Part shown: piece by piece, positions 13,049 through 38,957 of the stretch
Layout of the letters: each line of letters opens with the position of its first letter
How positions within the stretch are numbered: position 1 is the stretch's first letter
DNA from: Hormiphora californensis
Taxonomy: Eukaryota; Animalia; Ctenophora
Direction: 5' to 3'
Assembly (NCBI GenBank): GCA_020137815.1
Contig: CM035360.1
Coordinates: 5,704,001 to 5,768,000, forward strand
Length of the DNA: 64,000 nt
Program-made: the position numbers and the translations under genes
The notes under the pieces: generated by a model
Told to the model about the DNA's origin: nothing
The model's database searches: none
What the model saw: the letters and a program-made list of their open reading frames with translations, nothing else

Positions 13049-13100
13049 TGAAAGAGAGAGAGAGAGAGAAAGATAGAGAGAGAGAGATATCGGATAAAGA
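10807..13100. repeat. Cluster of (CT)n/(GA)n microsatellites
   Basis: Pure and degenerate dinucleotide runs at ~10807-10935, 11797-11985, 12145-12335 and 12860-13090. Similar runs recur at 17350-17810, 20875-21062, 31440-31550, 35094-35270 and 35659-35788. Confidence 0.95.
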
Positions 13101-13623
13101 GATTGATGATATGATGCATATTGTGCAGGGAGATCAGACACGGTACACATGGAAGAGAAGGTGGGGGCCGCGAGAGAGAAAGATGTTAACAGCACGAACA
13201 GGTTCGATAACACGTTCGATAAGAGCACAGGTTACAACATGCAATATAATATGTCTAAACAACATACGTGGTGTTTGACTGTGGAGGGGGCCCGAGACAA
13301 CAACAACGATAGTTGCAAACTCGAACCACCCTCTCTTTCTAGCACTCTCTCTCTATCACACACAGGTACAACAGCCACCCGTACTGCCTGTGCTACTACC
13401 GCTGTCCTCCACTTGACTCTAATACAAGGAGATATAGTGTGTGGATACTGGATATCCAGTGGATTTATTAGGAGAAGTTGGCGGATATATTAGAAGAGAG
13501 TGTGGATAATGTATTATAGTGGTGTTTGACTCAAACTTTGAGGTACAAACGAGAGGGGAGAATGAAACAGAGGGGAAGTGTAGTCCAACTAAAGATGATT
13601 TGATGATCAGTTCTGCAAATTAA

Positions 13624-23718
<10,095 letters not shown>

Positions 23719-24366
23719 AACGGTCCTTTTTCATTACATCTCATACCAGGCTTATAATGAAAAAAACGCAGTGTACAGCTACTCAAGAAGAGGGCAGGGT
23801 TAGTCACTGAGAAGTGAGAGTGGAATGTGGTGCCTTATGGCAGAATCTTATATCAAGATTATTATTAAATCTAAAATGTATACATTGGTAAAATCAACAT
23901 ATATACAGTCCACACTCCTTTTAGTTAAAAAAAATCAGGTTGTCGGTTCAATGCAGCGTGACGCCACGACAAAATGCTTGTTGTCAACTAGATTCGATTG
24001 TATTCTGGACCAGAACAAACCAGAACTTCTGGTTTGGAATCGCAGTCACCCCTCCACTACCAGCCGTGCGAAGCAAACGAATAGGGGATGGCATCACCAA
24101 TGTTCTTGTGTAATCAATATTTACCAATAAATTCACAGATATCGGTACGTATTTGATTTTAAAAAGCAAGACATTTGTTTTATTTTTATTTAACTATTAA
24201 TCGAACTTTTGTACTGTAAAATAATGTCAGTTTTAAATGTGTGTTCTTGAGAGGTGGTCATGTTTTTGTTGATAGCCTTAATTATTTTTTAAGTTTCAAG
24301 TTTCAAATTTCAAGTTGTCAGCAGTTAGCTTCTTGATCGAATGAAGCCTGACGAAGCGTCAGTGAC

Positions 24367-24611
24367 GCTCCAGTTACAAATTTGAAACTGACACCAGGTT
24401 GGAAACTGACGCCAGTTTCCAGCTGGGAGACTCCTGATGAACCATGCTGCGTGCGTCATCTACGCGGATCACGTGACCCAATTTCGATGTGAATTACATT
24501 GAAAGTAGCGCTGTGTGTAGTGTCAGCACTGCTGACACTACACAACTCAGCACTGTCATTCGAAACTGGGAGCTGGAAACTGATACCAGTTTCTAATTTT
24601 GTAACTGGGGC
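24367..24611. mobile_element. Degenerate MITE
   Basis: gctccagttacaaa at the left and tttgtaactggggc at the right, with repeated gaaactga motifs inside. Confidence 0.5.
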
Positions 24612-24639
24612 CTGAAGGATATGGTGCAACCGGCAACGC

Positions 24640-24945
24640 ACTCACGGACACAAGACATTGGACATTGCAGACAACCGTCCGGCTGAATAGCGAATGCCGA
24701 AGGCATTTACAGTAATCGATTAACCCGGATGCCTCTTTTGGGATACGAGCTATCCAACTCTTCAACAGGATGCCGACATCAGTTCGTCTATCTACATCTG
24801 TTGACAACCTAAAAGTCAATCTGGGCAGATTTCTCGACACCCTTCCGGACAGACCTCCGGTCACAGGATACCACACAACTGGGGACAACTCGCTCTTTAG
24901 TCTGCTGACGGAAGGCAAGTAACTTTCATTCCCACTTATCACAAC
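24640..24945 (+). mobile_element. 3' fragment of a CR1-group LINE
   Basis: Translates to SFGIRAIQLFNRMPTSVR...LKVNLGRFLDTLPDRPPVTGY...NSL*, the usual CR1 ORF2 C-terminus. Confidence 0.7.
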
Positions 24946-24947
24946 AC

Positions 24948-27935
24948 TTCAATTCAATTCAATTCAATTGTTACATTTGATACCCCGCAAATTGACTCAA
25001 TATAGCTAAGAGATAAACGCAAAAAACAGAGAGAAAAACTCATAATTAAAACGCCAGAGCTCTTAAGCCAGCCTTCTTATGCGGCAGTCCATTCAGAAAC
25101 AGTAGATAGATAAAAGTGGGTACACACTGAGGGACTGTATGAATAAGTTAATTAATAGATATAATTAAAAAGTAGAATTTAAAATTCCAATCATAAAAAA
25201 GAGTAGATTAATGATTAATAGTTAATTCAGTAGATAACGGTGTAGATAAGCTATACGATTACTTGGTTAAAAATATATGTTAAAAAATCGCTGCACTCAG
25301 TATAAAAAGGGGCTAGATTCGGAACTCAGAACAGAACAAGACACATAAAACAAGACAGACAATGACTAGACAGATCTCTACAAATCAGCCAGCAGGACCG
25401 TATGACTTGTCAAAGAGGTGCGTCTTCAGCTTCGATTTGAAGAGTGACTCATCTGTGCAGCTTCGAATTGTTTGAGGCAGGACATTCCACAGTCTCGGTC
25501 CTGCTACCTGGAAAGCACGCTGAGAAGTCTTATACTTAGTGGAGAAGTCTTTTTGGAGAAGTGTTGGATCATCATCATGTCTCAGTGATTTGCACTTTAG
25601 TTGCCGCCTTTGTATTAGACTCTGTAGGTAGGGTGGTGCTAGATTGTTGATGCACTTGAAAACCATAAGACAGATCTTGTAGTCAATTCTCGCTGTGACA
25701 GGAAGAAAGTGCAGCTGCTTTCTCAGTTCTGTTACTCCTCTCCATTGCCACCTTCCAAAGATGAATCTTGTCGCTGCATTCTGCACTTTTTGAAGGCGGG
25801 TGATGTCACTCTTATCAGCTCCAATCAATAGGCCATTGCAGTAGTCTATGCGAGAGTGAATAAGGGAGTGAACCAGCTGGACTTTGTTTTTCTTTGACAG
25901 TTTGTCGCCGATGCGCCTCAGGTTGTGTAAGGTCATGTTGCAGTCCCTGACTACCTTGGAGATATGGGCTTTCATGGTGAGCCTTTCATCAAATATAACT
26001 CCTAGATTCCTTGCCTGTTCCGAGGGACTGATGTACGTTGCCGGTTGATCAGGTCTACGCAGAGAGAAAGACTCATCATGGGCGATGGGATTTGTAGTTT
26101 TGTCAGTCCGCGATGATATAAACAGTAGTTCTGTTTTGGAGGGGTTGAGTTTCAAATAACTCGATGCCATCCATTGCTCGATTTCTGAGAAACATTGTCG
26201 AAGCTGATCTTCATTTTGTGTCCAGTTGTTGTTGGTAAACTTCACATATAGCTGCGAGTCGTCTGCGTAAAGGTGAATCCTCATCCCATGTTTGGCCGCA
26301 ATTTTCTCGAGGTCTTTCGTGAACAGAATAAACATAAGGGGCCCCAAGATGGATCCCTGGGGCACTCCAATGTATACAGTTACTTCAGCAGACTGGGAAT
26401 CACCTATTTTGACAACAGCTTTCCTTCCTTCGAGATAAGAAGAGAACCATTTGAGAGCTGTTCCACTGACACCATACATATGCTGCAGGCGACGAAGAAG
26501 GATTGTATGAGGAACAGTATCAAAGGCAGCAGAGAGATCGAGTAGAAGGAGTACTGCCTTACTTTTCTTATCAGTCATCACGAGTAGATCATTAAAGATC
26601 TTCAGGGTAGCCGTTTCACATGAGTGTTTTTTTCTGTAGGCAGACTGCACTGTAGCAAACAGCTCGTGTTCTTCCAGGTGTTCTGTCAATTGTAAAGAAA
26701 CGCACTTTTCGATGATTTTAGAGATGAAGCTGAGGTTAGATATAGGCCTGTAGCTTCCAACATCGTTGCTGTCCAATCCTTTCCCTTTGTACACCGGCCG
26801 GATAACTGCTTTCTTGAGGGCAGAAGGAAATACTCCGTTGACCAGACTACCGTTGACAATTGCTTTAATGATGGGGATCAGCTCGTGTATACAGGTTCCA
26901 ACGAGCTTAGAAGGAATGGGATCGAGGTCACAGATTTTATAATTCATTGAACGGATGATCTTCACCAACTCATCACTGGTTACAGGTCTGAAAGAGTCAA
27001 ACTTTGGCAGGCTATTTTCATCCTCAAGACCAGAAACTTCCTCGGTGTCAGCACGCATTGCCTCAATTTCTGTGTAGATCTTGTTGATTTTTTCTTGGAA
27101 GAATTCAATGAATCTCTGGCATAGTTCGTCAAGATCCGTGTATTCAGGAAGTACTGATGAATTTCCATCCTTTCCCAGCAGACCATTCATGATTCTGTAA
27201 GACTTCTGCATATCACCATCGGCTTCATCAAGCTTCTCCCGATAATATCCACTCCTAACTCCAACGATAAACTTGGTTGCTGCTTTAGCCTCGTCACGTT
27301 TAGTTCGGAGACTGTCCCACAGTTTTTCAGGACACACAGATTTCAACAGCGTGGCCAGATACTGTCGTTCAGCTTTCCTCCTACGACGTTTAGCAGCTTG
27401 ACAATCAGTGTTATACCACTTGGGGCCTGGATCTTCGGGGACAATCATCTCAGTGACCGGGGCAAGTTCATCGAGAAACTCAGCCAACATCTCATCATAC
27501 AGTTCAATAAGTTCCTCCACCTCCGAGGGAAAGTTTTCTATGTCACAGAGAGGGGACTGTAGGATTGAGAATATTAGCTGTTCAATATCCAGTGATTTCA
27601 TGTCTCTTTTCTTAACCGAGACAAACTTCTTCCGTTGGGCTGTAACTCCATTTTCTAGGGTGAATGACACCAGGGCATGATCAGGTACAGCAGGAATCAT
27701 ATCCACATGTATATTGGAGATAGGAGAAGTACCAGGTAAGGTCTTGGCAAGGACCAAATCCAGTGTACCACCTGCTATATGCGTAGGTTCCGAAACAAAT
27801 TGACGAAAATGATGGTCATCGAGAAGCCCGAGAAAGGTTTTAGTTGATCCGGAACTGGTATCTTGCACATGTATGTTGAAATCACCTGAAATAACCACCT
27901 CTCCAGGCCGTTCCGAAAGGTCATGGAGCAACGAT
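24948..27935 (-). mobile_element. L2/CR1-group LINE, 5'-truncated inside the endonuclease, ORF2 uninterrupted (25385-27931)
   Basis: 848-aa frame with GDFNIH, TLDLV, PDH, SYRPISNL, LLDLSAAFDTV, GVPQGSILGP, HLYADDSQLY, SRIDYCN and LHFLPV. 3' UTR ends in (AATTG)n. Confidence 0.95.
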
Positions 27936-28549
27936 TCACGTGGATGCTTAGGCTGAGTGCGTGGTATTATTTTGACTATTTATTGTGTACAATACCAAAA
28001 CTTATTTTTAATTCTTGTAATTCTTGAAAAATGGCATAGGGACGGCGCGTGTGGGTGTCCACGGACACCCAGGCCGAAAAGACGGAGAGAAAAACAAGAG
28101 AAAACGAAACAAAAAGAAGAATTTTCAAAAATCGACGAAAACTGCGACATTTTGGATTTGCGGACCAGCCCTCCACTGGTGCAACGCGCGCACCTGTAAC
28201 GCACGGCAGACAGTTTTACGTCGCGTGAATAATCCACCAAAAAAGTTTGCGCGCGCATGAATTTTTCTTGTGATCAGGAAATTTTTCCCGTTTAATTTTC
28301 AGAAATTTGAAAAGCTTTCAGCGTTGAAAAGCGCTGCCTGATCTCAGCAGCGTTTGCCAACGTTCAGCGTTGCCTCATGACTCATCCCGTGTCAGTAGCA
28401 TTTGCCAATTCACAAATACTTTAAATTTTGAAAAGAGCTGCTTTATCCCGCCTTAGCATATGCCAACTAAAATTGTATAAAAACGCATGAAAATTTTAGA
28501 AATTTTCATCCCCTGAGGCCTGACCGAGGCTGCTACCGCTGGCGGACGC

Positions 28550-28905
28550 GCTGGACACCCAGGGACTTGCTGAGAACACTCGCTGGTCACCACTGGCCTC
28601 ACCTTTCCAACAAGAGCACTGAGCAGTGAGCACCCATCTCTAGAACACTTTGGGAGAACAGGTTTCTCATTCAGAGAGCCCACAACTCCCCTTATATAAA
28701 TTGAAAATTCAACAGTCCCACTTCCTGACTCCTCTGGCAGACCAAAAATCATCATATTGCAATTTGTATCACCTGTCCTCAACATGGGGGGTAGCTGTAG
28801 CCTTCCTCTGAGTCATGACAATAGCACAACTCTGGGAAAGAATTGCGTAGTTGTTCTTCAGATCTCGCTGCACCGTCTTGGTTACTGCACTTGATTCAGC
28901 AGACC
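28550..28905 (-). mobile_element. Degenerate CR1-type ORF1 relic
   Basis: TKTVQRDLKNNYAILSQSC...NMMIFGLPEE...EKP...KVRPV resembles the NxxIFGLPE / RP pattern of the RRM-like ORF1 of CR1/L2 elements. Confidence 0.55.
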
Positions 28906-29008
28906 GGATAATAATGGAAATTACTACAAAATTATTTTGAATTTTGTTTTATTTTATTTTCAAAGGCTCAAATTTAGTTGAACTCTCGTTCATTCCGCTC
29001 TTGTTAGG

Positions 29009-30302
29009 ATGAATTTAAAAAAGAATGACCAGTGTAATTCCTGTGGTGAACCCACCTGTTGTACTCCCTGTTACCAACGACAACCCTCATACCACAGCGT
29101 GACATCCATCAACCTGATTCCAGAGGAGATTCTAGTTGCCATTATGAGTTATCTGAATAACAGGGACCTCGCCCAATGCAGTATCTCTCCCCTGGAGAGG
29201 GGTCTCAGACACCGTCTTGCAATCCAGATCTAGAAATATAGTCATTTTAGAGGATTATAATAACAATAAAGGCATCCTACCTTGTCGTGCAAGATCTTCG
29301 AGTATTGAAGAAGCACAGTACTTAGTGAAGAAGTCGCAAAATTGTGTCCAAGATCTGTATTTCGAAGTAAGTCAGTTAGACGACTTTTATTGCGATCTCT
29401 TCCGTACGGAGATATTTCCCACTGGCGAACTAAAAGTCCTTGGGTTCAACGGAGGCAACGAGTTTACCACCAGCCTTGTTGAACATTTATTTTGTTCTCC
29501 GATTTTGTCCTTGGAGGAATTAACCATTACGGAGCCGAAAATCCTCACACAAAATGACCTGAAATTTATCTTATCACGTCTACCAAACCTGACCAGTCTG
29601 AGATTATACAGTTCTTTTGAGGAGTTGAACATTGACGGAGAAGATATTATCTCTTTAAAAAGACTAAAGGAAATTGTTCTGACCGGTATTATTGAACTAC
29701 ACAATAACTCAATGACTGATATACTATTCACCTTTCAAGACACTCTTGAGATACTTGAAGTTGACCATATAATAGTTATGGAGAGACGGGATGACATCTA
29801 CCTAAAATCGTTAAAAGAATTCAAGTGTAGAGAGCCTGACCCTTATAGGGATGGGGAGGACCTAATCTATATAGACAACTTCCTACAGTCGGCACCAAAC
29901 CTCGAATGTGTGACTATTTGTCCATTCAAAGAAATATTTATCTCCCTTGTTAACAACTGCAAACATGTCTTCTTTCTTGTTGTGTCTTGCCATCACGAAT
30001 GGCTTCACATTGATGATATTCTAGAGTTTGGGATGCTTTCAAAATTAAAAAAGTTGTGTATGATTTGGGCAGATGGTCTTTCATTGACAGAGAAAGATTT
30101 CGAGGATGGACTCCGTATTGACTATAAATCTCTGGCTAAGATCACTTCTCTCCGTTTAATTTCCCTGGAAGGTTCGTCCATTAATGAAGATGAGAGTCTC
30201 TACTTGATAAACAATTTGAAGAGCTTGAAAAGTCTGTCGTTGAGGCGCTGTCCTAATATTAGTGCAAAGTTTGCTAACAGCCATCGTAAGATCAGGTTTT
30301 GA
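29009..30302 (+). pseudogene. Intronless F-box/LRR gene with one frameshift (pseudogene or sequence error)
   Basis: F-box INLIPEEILVAIMSYLNNRDLAQCS in ORF 29009. Its W (WRGVSDTV) continues in the frame of ORF 29217-30302, which has LxxLxL repeats (LPNLTSLRL, LKSLSLRRCPNIS). The shift is at ~29185-29195. Confidence 0.8.
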
Positions 30303-31041
30303 ACACAGCGATGTGTGAGAACTCAATTGCATTGTTCGACCCTCCCTCCCTGCGGGTTTGAACACAGCAATATGTGAGAATTCAATAATTTATCAATTAA
30401 CAAAGGGAAATATTATATTATGATTATTATTTTGGTTTTTAACCCCATGACAACAGCATGTTATTTTTTTATGATTGTCACCGTTTTTACAACATTTTAT
30501 ACTGTTAACCCCTTTCTACTTAATATACCATTGGTTCAATTTAAACGTGTTATGAAACCCGATAGTTGATTTATCAGTCGTTTGAAGATTTTGCGCGCTC
30601 ATGATAACTGCTAGCTGGGGAATTTAACACCCTGCTCGCGATTTATCAGGCCAGTGTCCTTTTTCACGCGTTTCTCTTCATTTGAATAACATGCGTGTAA
30701 AATTCTAAGTATTGAAAATGTGTGTAAACACACAGTTCTGTCAACAAAAGAAAGGGGAAACATGTCTGCAACACGTTTCAATGTTATCTCTCTCATAAGG
30801 AGTGAAAAGAATCACATTCCATTCATTTCTCTCTCTCATTGTCTCTTTTACTGTTCACTACCTCTGACAGTGTGTATTGCCCCTAATCTTTCTCTCTCTT
30901 TCTCAAACATGTTAGGAACAGTAGACACTAAGTCTACACACATTTTCAGGGTATCTGTTGACTATTTACCAGCAGTTCTAGTGTGTTTCACCTTGTGTTG
31001 TGTCTCTTATTTGTGTGTAATTACTATCGGGTTTCATAAAA

Positions 31042-31234
31042 TATGAACGTTTGTTAGCCTATCGCGTTATAGGTTTAAATCACCTCCCCCTCACCCTCGG
31101 CTGGCGCCTCGGGATCGGAGTCGGGATTTAAACCAGTTTAATCGCCCTGCCGGGCGATTAAACTCCAGTTGGCTGTCCCCAGCTCGCGCTGGGAACAGCC
31201 AACTTCATAACGCGCCAGTCTACAAACGTTCATA
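31042..31234. repeat. 193-bp multi-hairpin element with inverted ends
   Basis: Outer stem tatgaacgtttgt / acaaacgttcata encloses three hairpins: ggtttaaatc..gatttaaacc, agtttaatcgccc..gggcgattaaact and agttggctgt..acagccaact. Confidence 0.75.
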
Positions 31235-31326
31235 CTTCATATAATGCTACTTTCACTGGCCATCAAATTACTACTACTAGTTTCACCGCGTCCCTCTTTT
31301 TAGACTTGTCCAATGAAGGTTTAGTT

Positions 31327-34270
<2,944 letters not shown>

Positions 34271-35098
34271 AGAGCTGAGATGAAACCCTGAAGAGCAGGA
34301 GCTTCGAGAGAAAGAGAGAAAGATAGATAGAGATGATATATTGGTCCTTTGGATCTTATTTCGTTCATTTAGACTTCCCAAATCTTGCCATCAGACGCAG
34401 TATGGTACTACGGGATCTGTAAGGGACAATATAGTGGGAGAAAAGAATTGAGAATTTTTACGCACAAACACTGCTATTTATCGCTGTGAATAATAATATA
34501 TATTGAATTTACCTGAACCCTTTTTGCACCTCCTTTTAGAACCCACACCCCATACCATAATTGTATTTTTGCCGCCTTGTGCTTGGATTTCTCCTAGAAT
34601 TCCCCCGTATACTACTTTTTCTTTCTCCCTTTCTCTTCTACCCTGTTTCTCTCTCTCCCTAACATAAAATATAACCCTACTTATCTATAACTTAAGTAGA
34701 TTTAGCATGTTCCTACTAAACCATACCGCTGAATGTATTCTGGGGACTCCGGATAGAGACATGAGGACTGAGGAGGGTATACCTTCTTCAATAAGGTAAG
34801 ACAGTTTTTAGTATCTATGGGTAAAGGTGCCTGGAGACCGTATCTAAGATAAAGCTTTGGGTAAAAGATGCGTAGAATAGTGGGGTAGTTGTAGGGTATC
34901 TAATCTATCTTTTAGTAGGTCTTTTAAACTGTCTAACTTGTAAACAGTGCGCTAAACGCTTCATGACAACTTTCGCGGAAATCTATTGCACTTAACCAAT
35001 ATAAACAGTGTGTAGCTAGCACAAACAGTGAAGCAGTCTTGTGTGCTGTCAGAAATAGCATCTCACTTTCTTTCAGTTTCTATCTTTTTTCATATCTC

Positions 35099-35261
<163 letters not shown>

Positions 35262-35659
35262 GCTCTCTCTTTAAATCATTCACCGACACTCAAATTGATT
35301 CTCTCTATCTCTCCCTATCTCTATCTTTCTCCAAGAACAACAATCACCATCTCTTTTAAGGCAGATAGATAGAGAAAGACGCAAGGAATGGAGGGAAAGA
35401 AAGAAAGAGAGAGAGAGAGAGAGTGCGAGAGAGAGGATGTATTTTGCCCCGATACAACAAACATCTTTTCTCCTCTCTCCATCCTATGTTTTCTTACCAA
35501 TCCCTCCGCAGCTGAGCACCACGCGTTGCTAACGGAGTTGGAACTCCAGTTCGGTATATCTCAGAGTTGCCTTGCTCGACCCTCTTTCCGTACAAGTGTA
35601 GAGGAGGGTTAGAACAATCTCAGAGTACTTGTACCAGGTTTCCTTGCTCGCTCCTCAGC

Positions 35660-35771
<112 letters not shown>

Positions 35772-36203
35772 CCTCTCTCTCTCTCTCTGACTGGAGGGTT
35801 AGAAAATAGCAAGTATATGGTATACATCTTTCTGTGATGATTTTTAGTCTTTTTTGCTAAAGTTATAGGTTTATGTTATAGGTTTATGTATATGTAATGA
35901 TTACAATTTAGTGCACAAAATATAAGTTGCATAGCAAGATAAGAGAGGTTCGGTACTTGGTAAAAAGAATTGAACAATAATCGACCTAGTCTACCTAGAA
36001 ATTTTACACATTCTGAGAATTCAGTAACCGGTGACGGTACGTAGAGATAATAGCCGCATGAAAGGGGCATTCTCTGATTTAAATTATAAGAGCAGTGAAG
36101 AAAAAAGATTAAAGTTTAAACATTATTCGTGGCACATATAATATACGACGAATAATGTCTTAGGCCAGAATCATTGTGTTAGTTCTTAGAATGAAATATA
36201 TAA

Positions 36204-36958
36204 TCCATATAATAAATTCCATAATGTTAGTCAGTCTGTCCGTTAATTGGTTTTTCAAACTCCTCCCACAGTTTTTGAGCTAGACCCCTGAAAATTTGTA
36301 CACTGGTACCTTGGACCAAGGCGGATGTAAGTACGGGCTCAGATTTTTGATCCGATCTTTACAGCAGTGACGTCACGGGGTGACGTCATTGCGACAAAAA
36401 GACTTACATTTTTCAAACGCTTCTAAGACCCTGAAAACGGCTCTAAATCAAAAAACTAACGCAATAGTGGGGAAAGAGAATCGTTTGAACTTCATTTTAC
36501 TTGACAGCGATTTCCCGTAACTCAATGTTTAAGGGTCGTAAATCGCGTCGGGAAAGTTAAAAATGCCAAAAATACGATATTTTTCACCGTAGCCACCCAA
36601 AATCTTATCCAATCGATATGAAACTTGGTCGTTATGTGAACTTTAATGTCCTTTGGCCAGGGGTTCCCGGAAAACGGATTGGCAAGATTAGAACTGACCG
36701 GAGTTCTTATAAAAAATTTAATAAATTAATTCATGGTCAACACGAAACGCAAAAAGTTTCAAAAAAGGTGCGAATTTTTTTAAATAAATTGTTTCCAAAT
36801 AAAATGCAAAGAAATCGCGAGGGCGCGCGGCAGTTGTTTGCACCGTTAACTACAAAAAAGACGCGTGCCACATTTAATTTGTCCGGTTGAACTGAAGGTA
36901 CCAGTTGTCGCGCAATATTCACTCACTGCGTAAGTGTGGCATCGCGCGTTCACGACAT
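36204..36958 (+). mobile_element. Non-autonomous Helitron-like repeat, cut by the gap
   Basis: A|TCCATATAATAAAT start, followed by gtcagtctgtccgt and tgaaaattt / tgaaacttgg motifs common in invertebrate non-autonomous Helitrons. Confidence 0.55.
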
Positions 36959-37058
36959 NNNNNNNNNNNNNNNNNNNNNNNNNNNNNNNNNNNNNNNNNN
37001 NNNNNNNNNNNNNNNNNNNNNNNNNNNNNNNNNNNNNNNNNNNNNNNNNNNNNNNNNN
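36959..37058. other. Assembly gap (100 N)
   Basis: Run of N. Confidence 1.
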
Positions 37059-38597
37059 CGCGGGGGGTGGGTGGTAGGTTGCAAAATCAATCCCAATCCG
37101 TTACTTCATTCTCTAGTTAAAAAATCAGGTAACTATTCCCTCCCTGATCTTACTTTGTGTTGAAGCTTAAGGAAGCTATCCTATATCAGCTCCCCGATTT
37201 CAAATGTTACCCCACCCACATTCAGTTGCTTGCTTCGACCCTGTTCACCGCGCCCCGCAAGGGGTAAAATAAAAGGGCTCGAACATATCACCATTTCAAG
37301 ATGTTGACTGTGCACCTGATGAGGGAGAGTGAGTTTCCGTCCGGGTTTGTATGTGGAGGAAGGGACAACAAGATACTACGGGGGACTCATCCTACAGGGC
37401 CTTTTACAGCATTGGAACCCACCCGGGGTGAGATATACAACATCCTCTGTTCTTTTTTCTTTTTCCATCCCACCTTCAGAAGCCCATGTTTTCTCTGTTA
37501 TATCAAACTAATCCTTCCTTTCTCAGACAACGCTGCCTGACCCAGAGTTCAAGCCGAAACAGTTGTGTTACCCCCGCATACACCATTTGCTCTTGTAGAG
37601 GGGAGTGATGGATGTGGCCGAACTCTCTTTAGTAACACAACTCCATAGTTTCAACAACAAATTTAGTCCCGATTAGTAGCACACCCAACCCATAGGGACT
37701 AAGACCTACAGACCCTACTAGAATAAAGTAGCACGAGAACGTGGCGAGAAGGATAGCAGGATTCTAGAGGAACTAATTCCAACCTGGGTTTCACACCTGA
37801 AAGTGAAGAATGAATGCCAAGATTCACCAAGATATGCATTCTACATTGAACAATTCTCGGATGACCCACCTCCTAAATCCCGGAGGAAGTGGGCTCTCTG
37901 CTAAGTCATTGGTCATATCAAGAGTGTATTGATAAGGGCTGCTGGAGTATGTTAGACGGGATGGCATCTAGGAAGGGGGAGGTAATTGGAATGGGCGGGA
38001 AAGGGGGGGGGATTCTAGCTTGCTTATTGTTGGTCTCCTTTCCCGGTTCTTCCGTTCTCTCTGCAATGATTCTTGGCATATCAAAAGTTATTGAGATGTA
38101 GCTGAAAGATCTGGGGCACGACACCTCTCCCATCCAGGTTAGCAATATCGTAATAACCAGAGGTGCAGTCCAATGGACTAGGACAGTTAACAACATATGG
38201 AGTGTAGTGATCTGGACTAATGTATCTTGTCACACAGAACGTAGCATATGCCAGTGAGTGGGTAATGGGTAACGAAGTTAACCCTCCCTTGCAGCGCAGA
38301 GTTATTTCGTAACCAAGGGGTAACTGGGTGTGCAGAACTGTCCCGTAGTGAAACAGAATGATATATGCTGATAATGTGACGAATTGAGTAGTATTGCTTC
38401 TTATGTTCACATGACTTGTTGTTCAGTAAATTGATGGTTTGAGAGGACTTATGTATTTGGCGAGAGAAAGGTTTTTGGAAAGAGTTGTGTGTTATTGTTC
38501 CTTTTTTTCGTGTGTTAATGTGTATGCTGTATGTTATTTTCTTTCCCAAAACCCAAATTCAAGACATTTTCATTTCCCTGGGGTTTCGGTTCTTGTA

Positions 38598-38957
38598 GGT
38601 AGGCGGTAATGTACCAGATCTGAGAGAAACGTACGTGCAAAACCACGTTTTTGTCCATAACTCAGTCATTTCTTGACCAATTTGCAAATCTTGGGTGCGT
38701 TGGAAAGAGGACATTTAGGTCTTTCAAATGAGCCTAATAAAACTAAAATCGGCGCAAAATGCGGGGTCATGGCGCAAAATGCGCGTTTCGCCACCACGCC
38801 GCGCATTTTGCGCGATTTTAGTTTAATTAGGCTCATTTGAAAGAGCCAAAGTCCTCTTTCCAATGAGCAAAGATTTTGCAAATTGGTCAAGAAATGGCTG
38901 AGTTATGGGCAAAAACGTGCGAAATTCTCACAGATCTGGTAACATTTACCGCCTACC
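38598..38957. mobile_element. Palindromic Mutator-type MITE with 9-bp TSD (left-arm copy)
   Basis: Long inverted repeats starting ggtaggcggtaa(a)tgt(t)accagatctg. TSD gttcttgta is imperfect here and exact in the mirrored copy. Confidence 0.8.

Noticed and set aside
24346-24372. Hammerhead-like ctgacga followed by stem gcgtca-g-tgacgc
   Set aside because: No GAAA follows the stem; the sequence runs into a MITE end.
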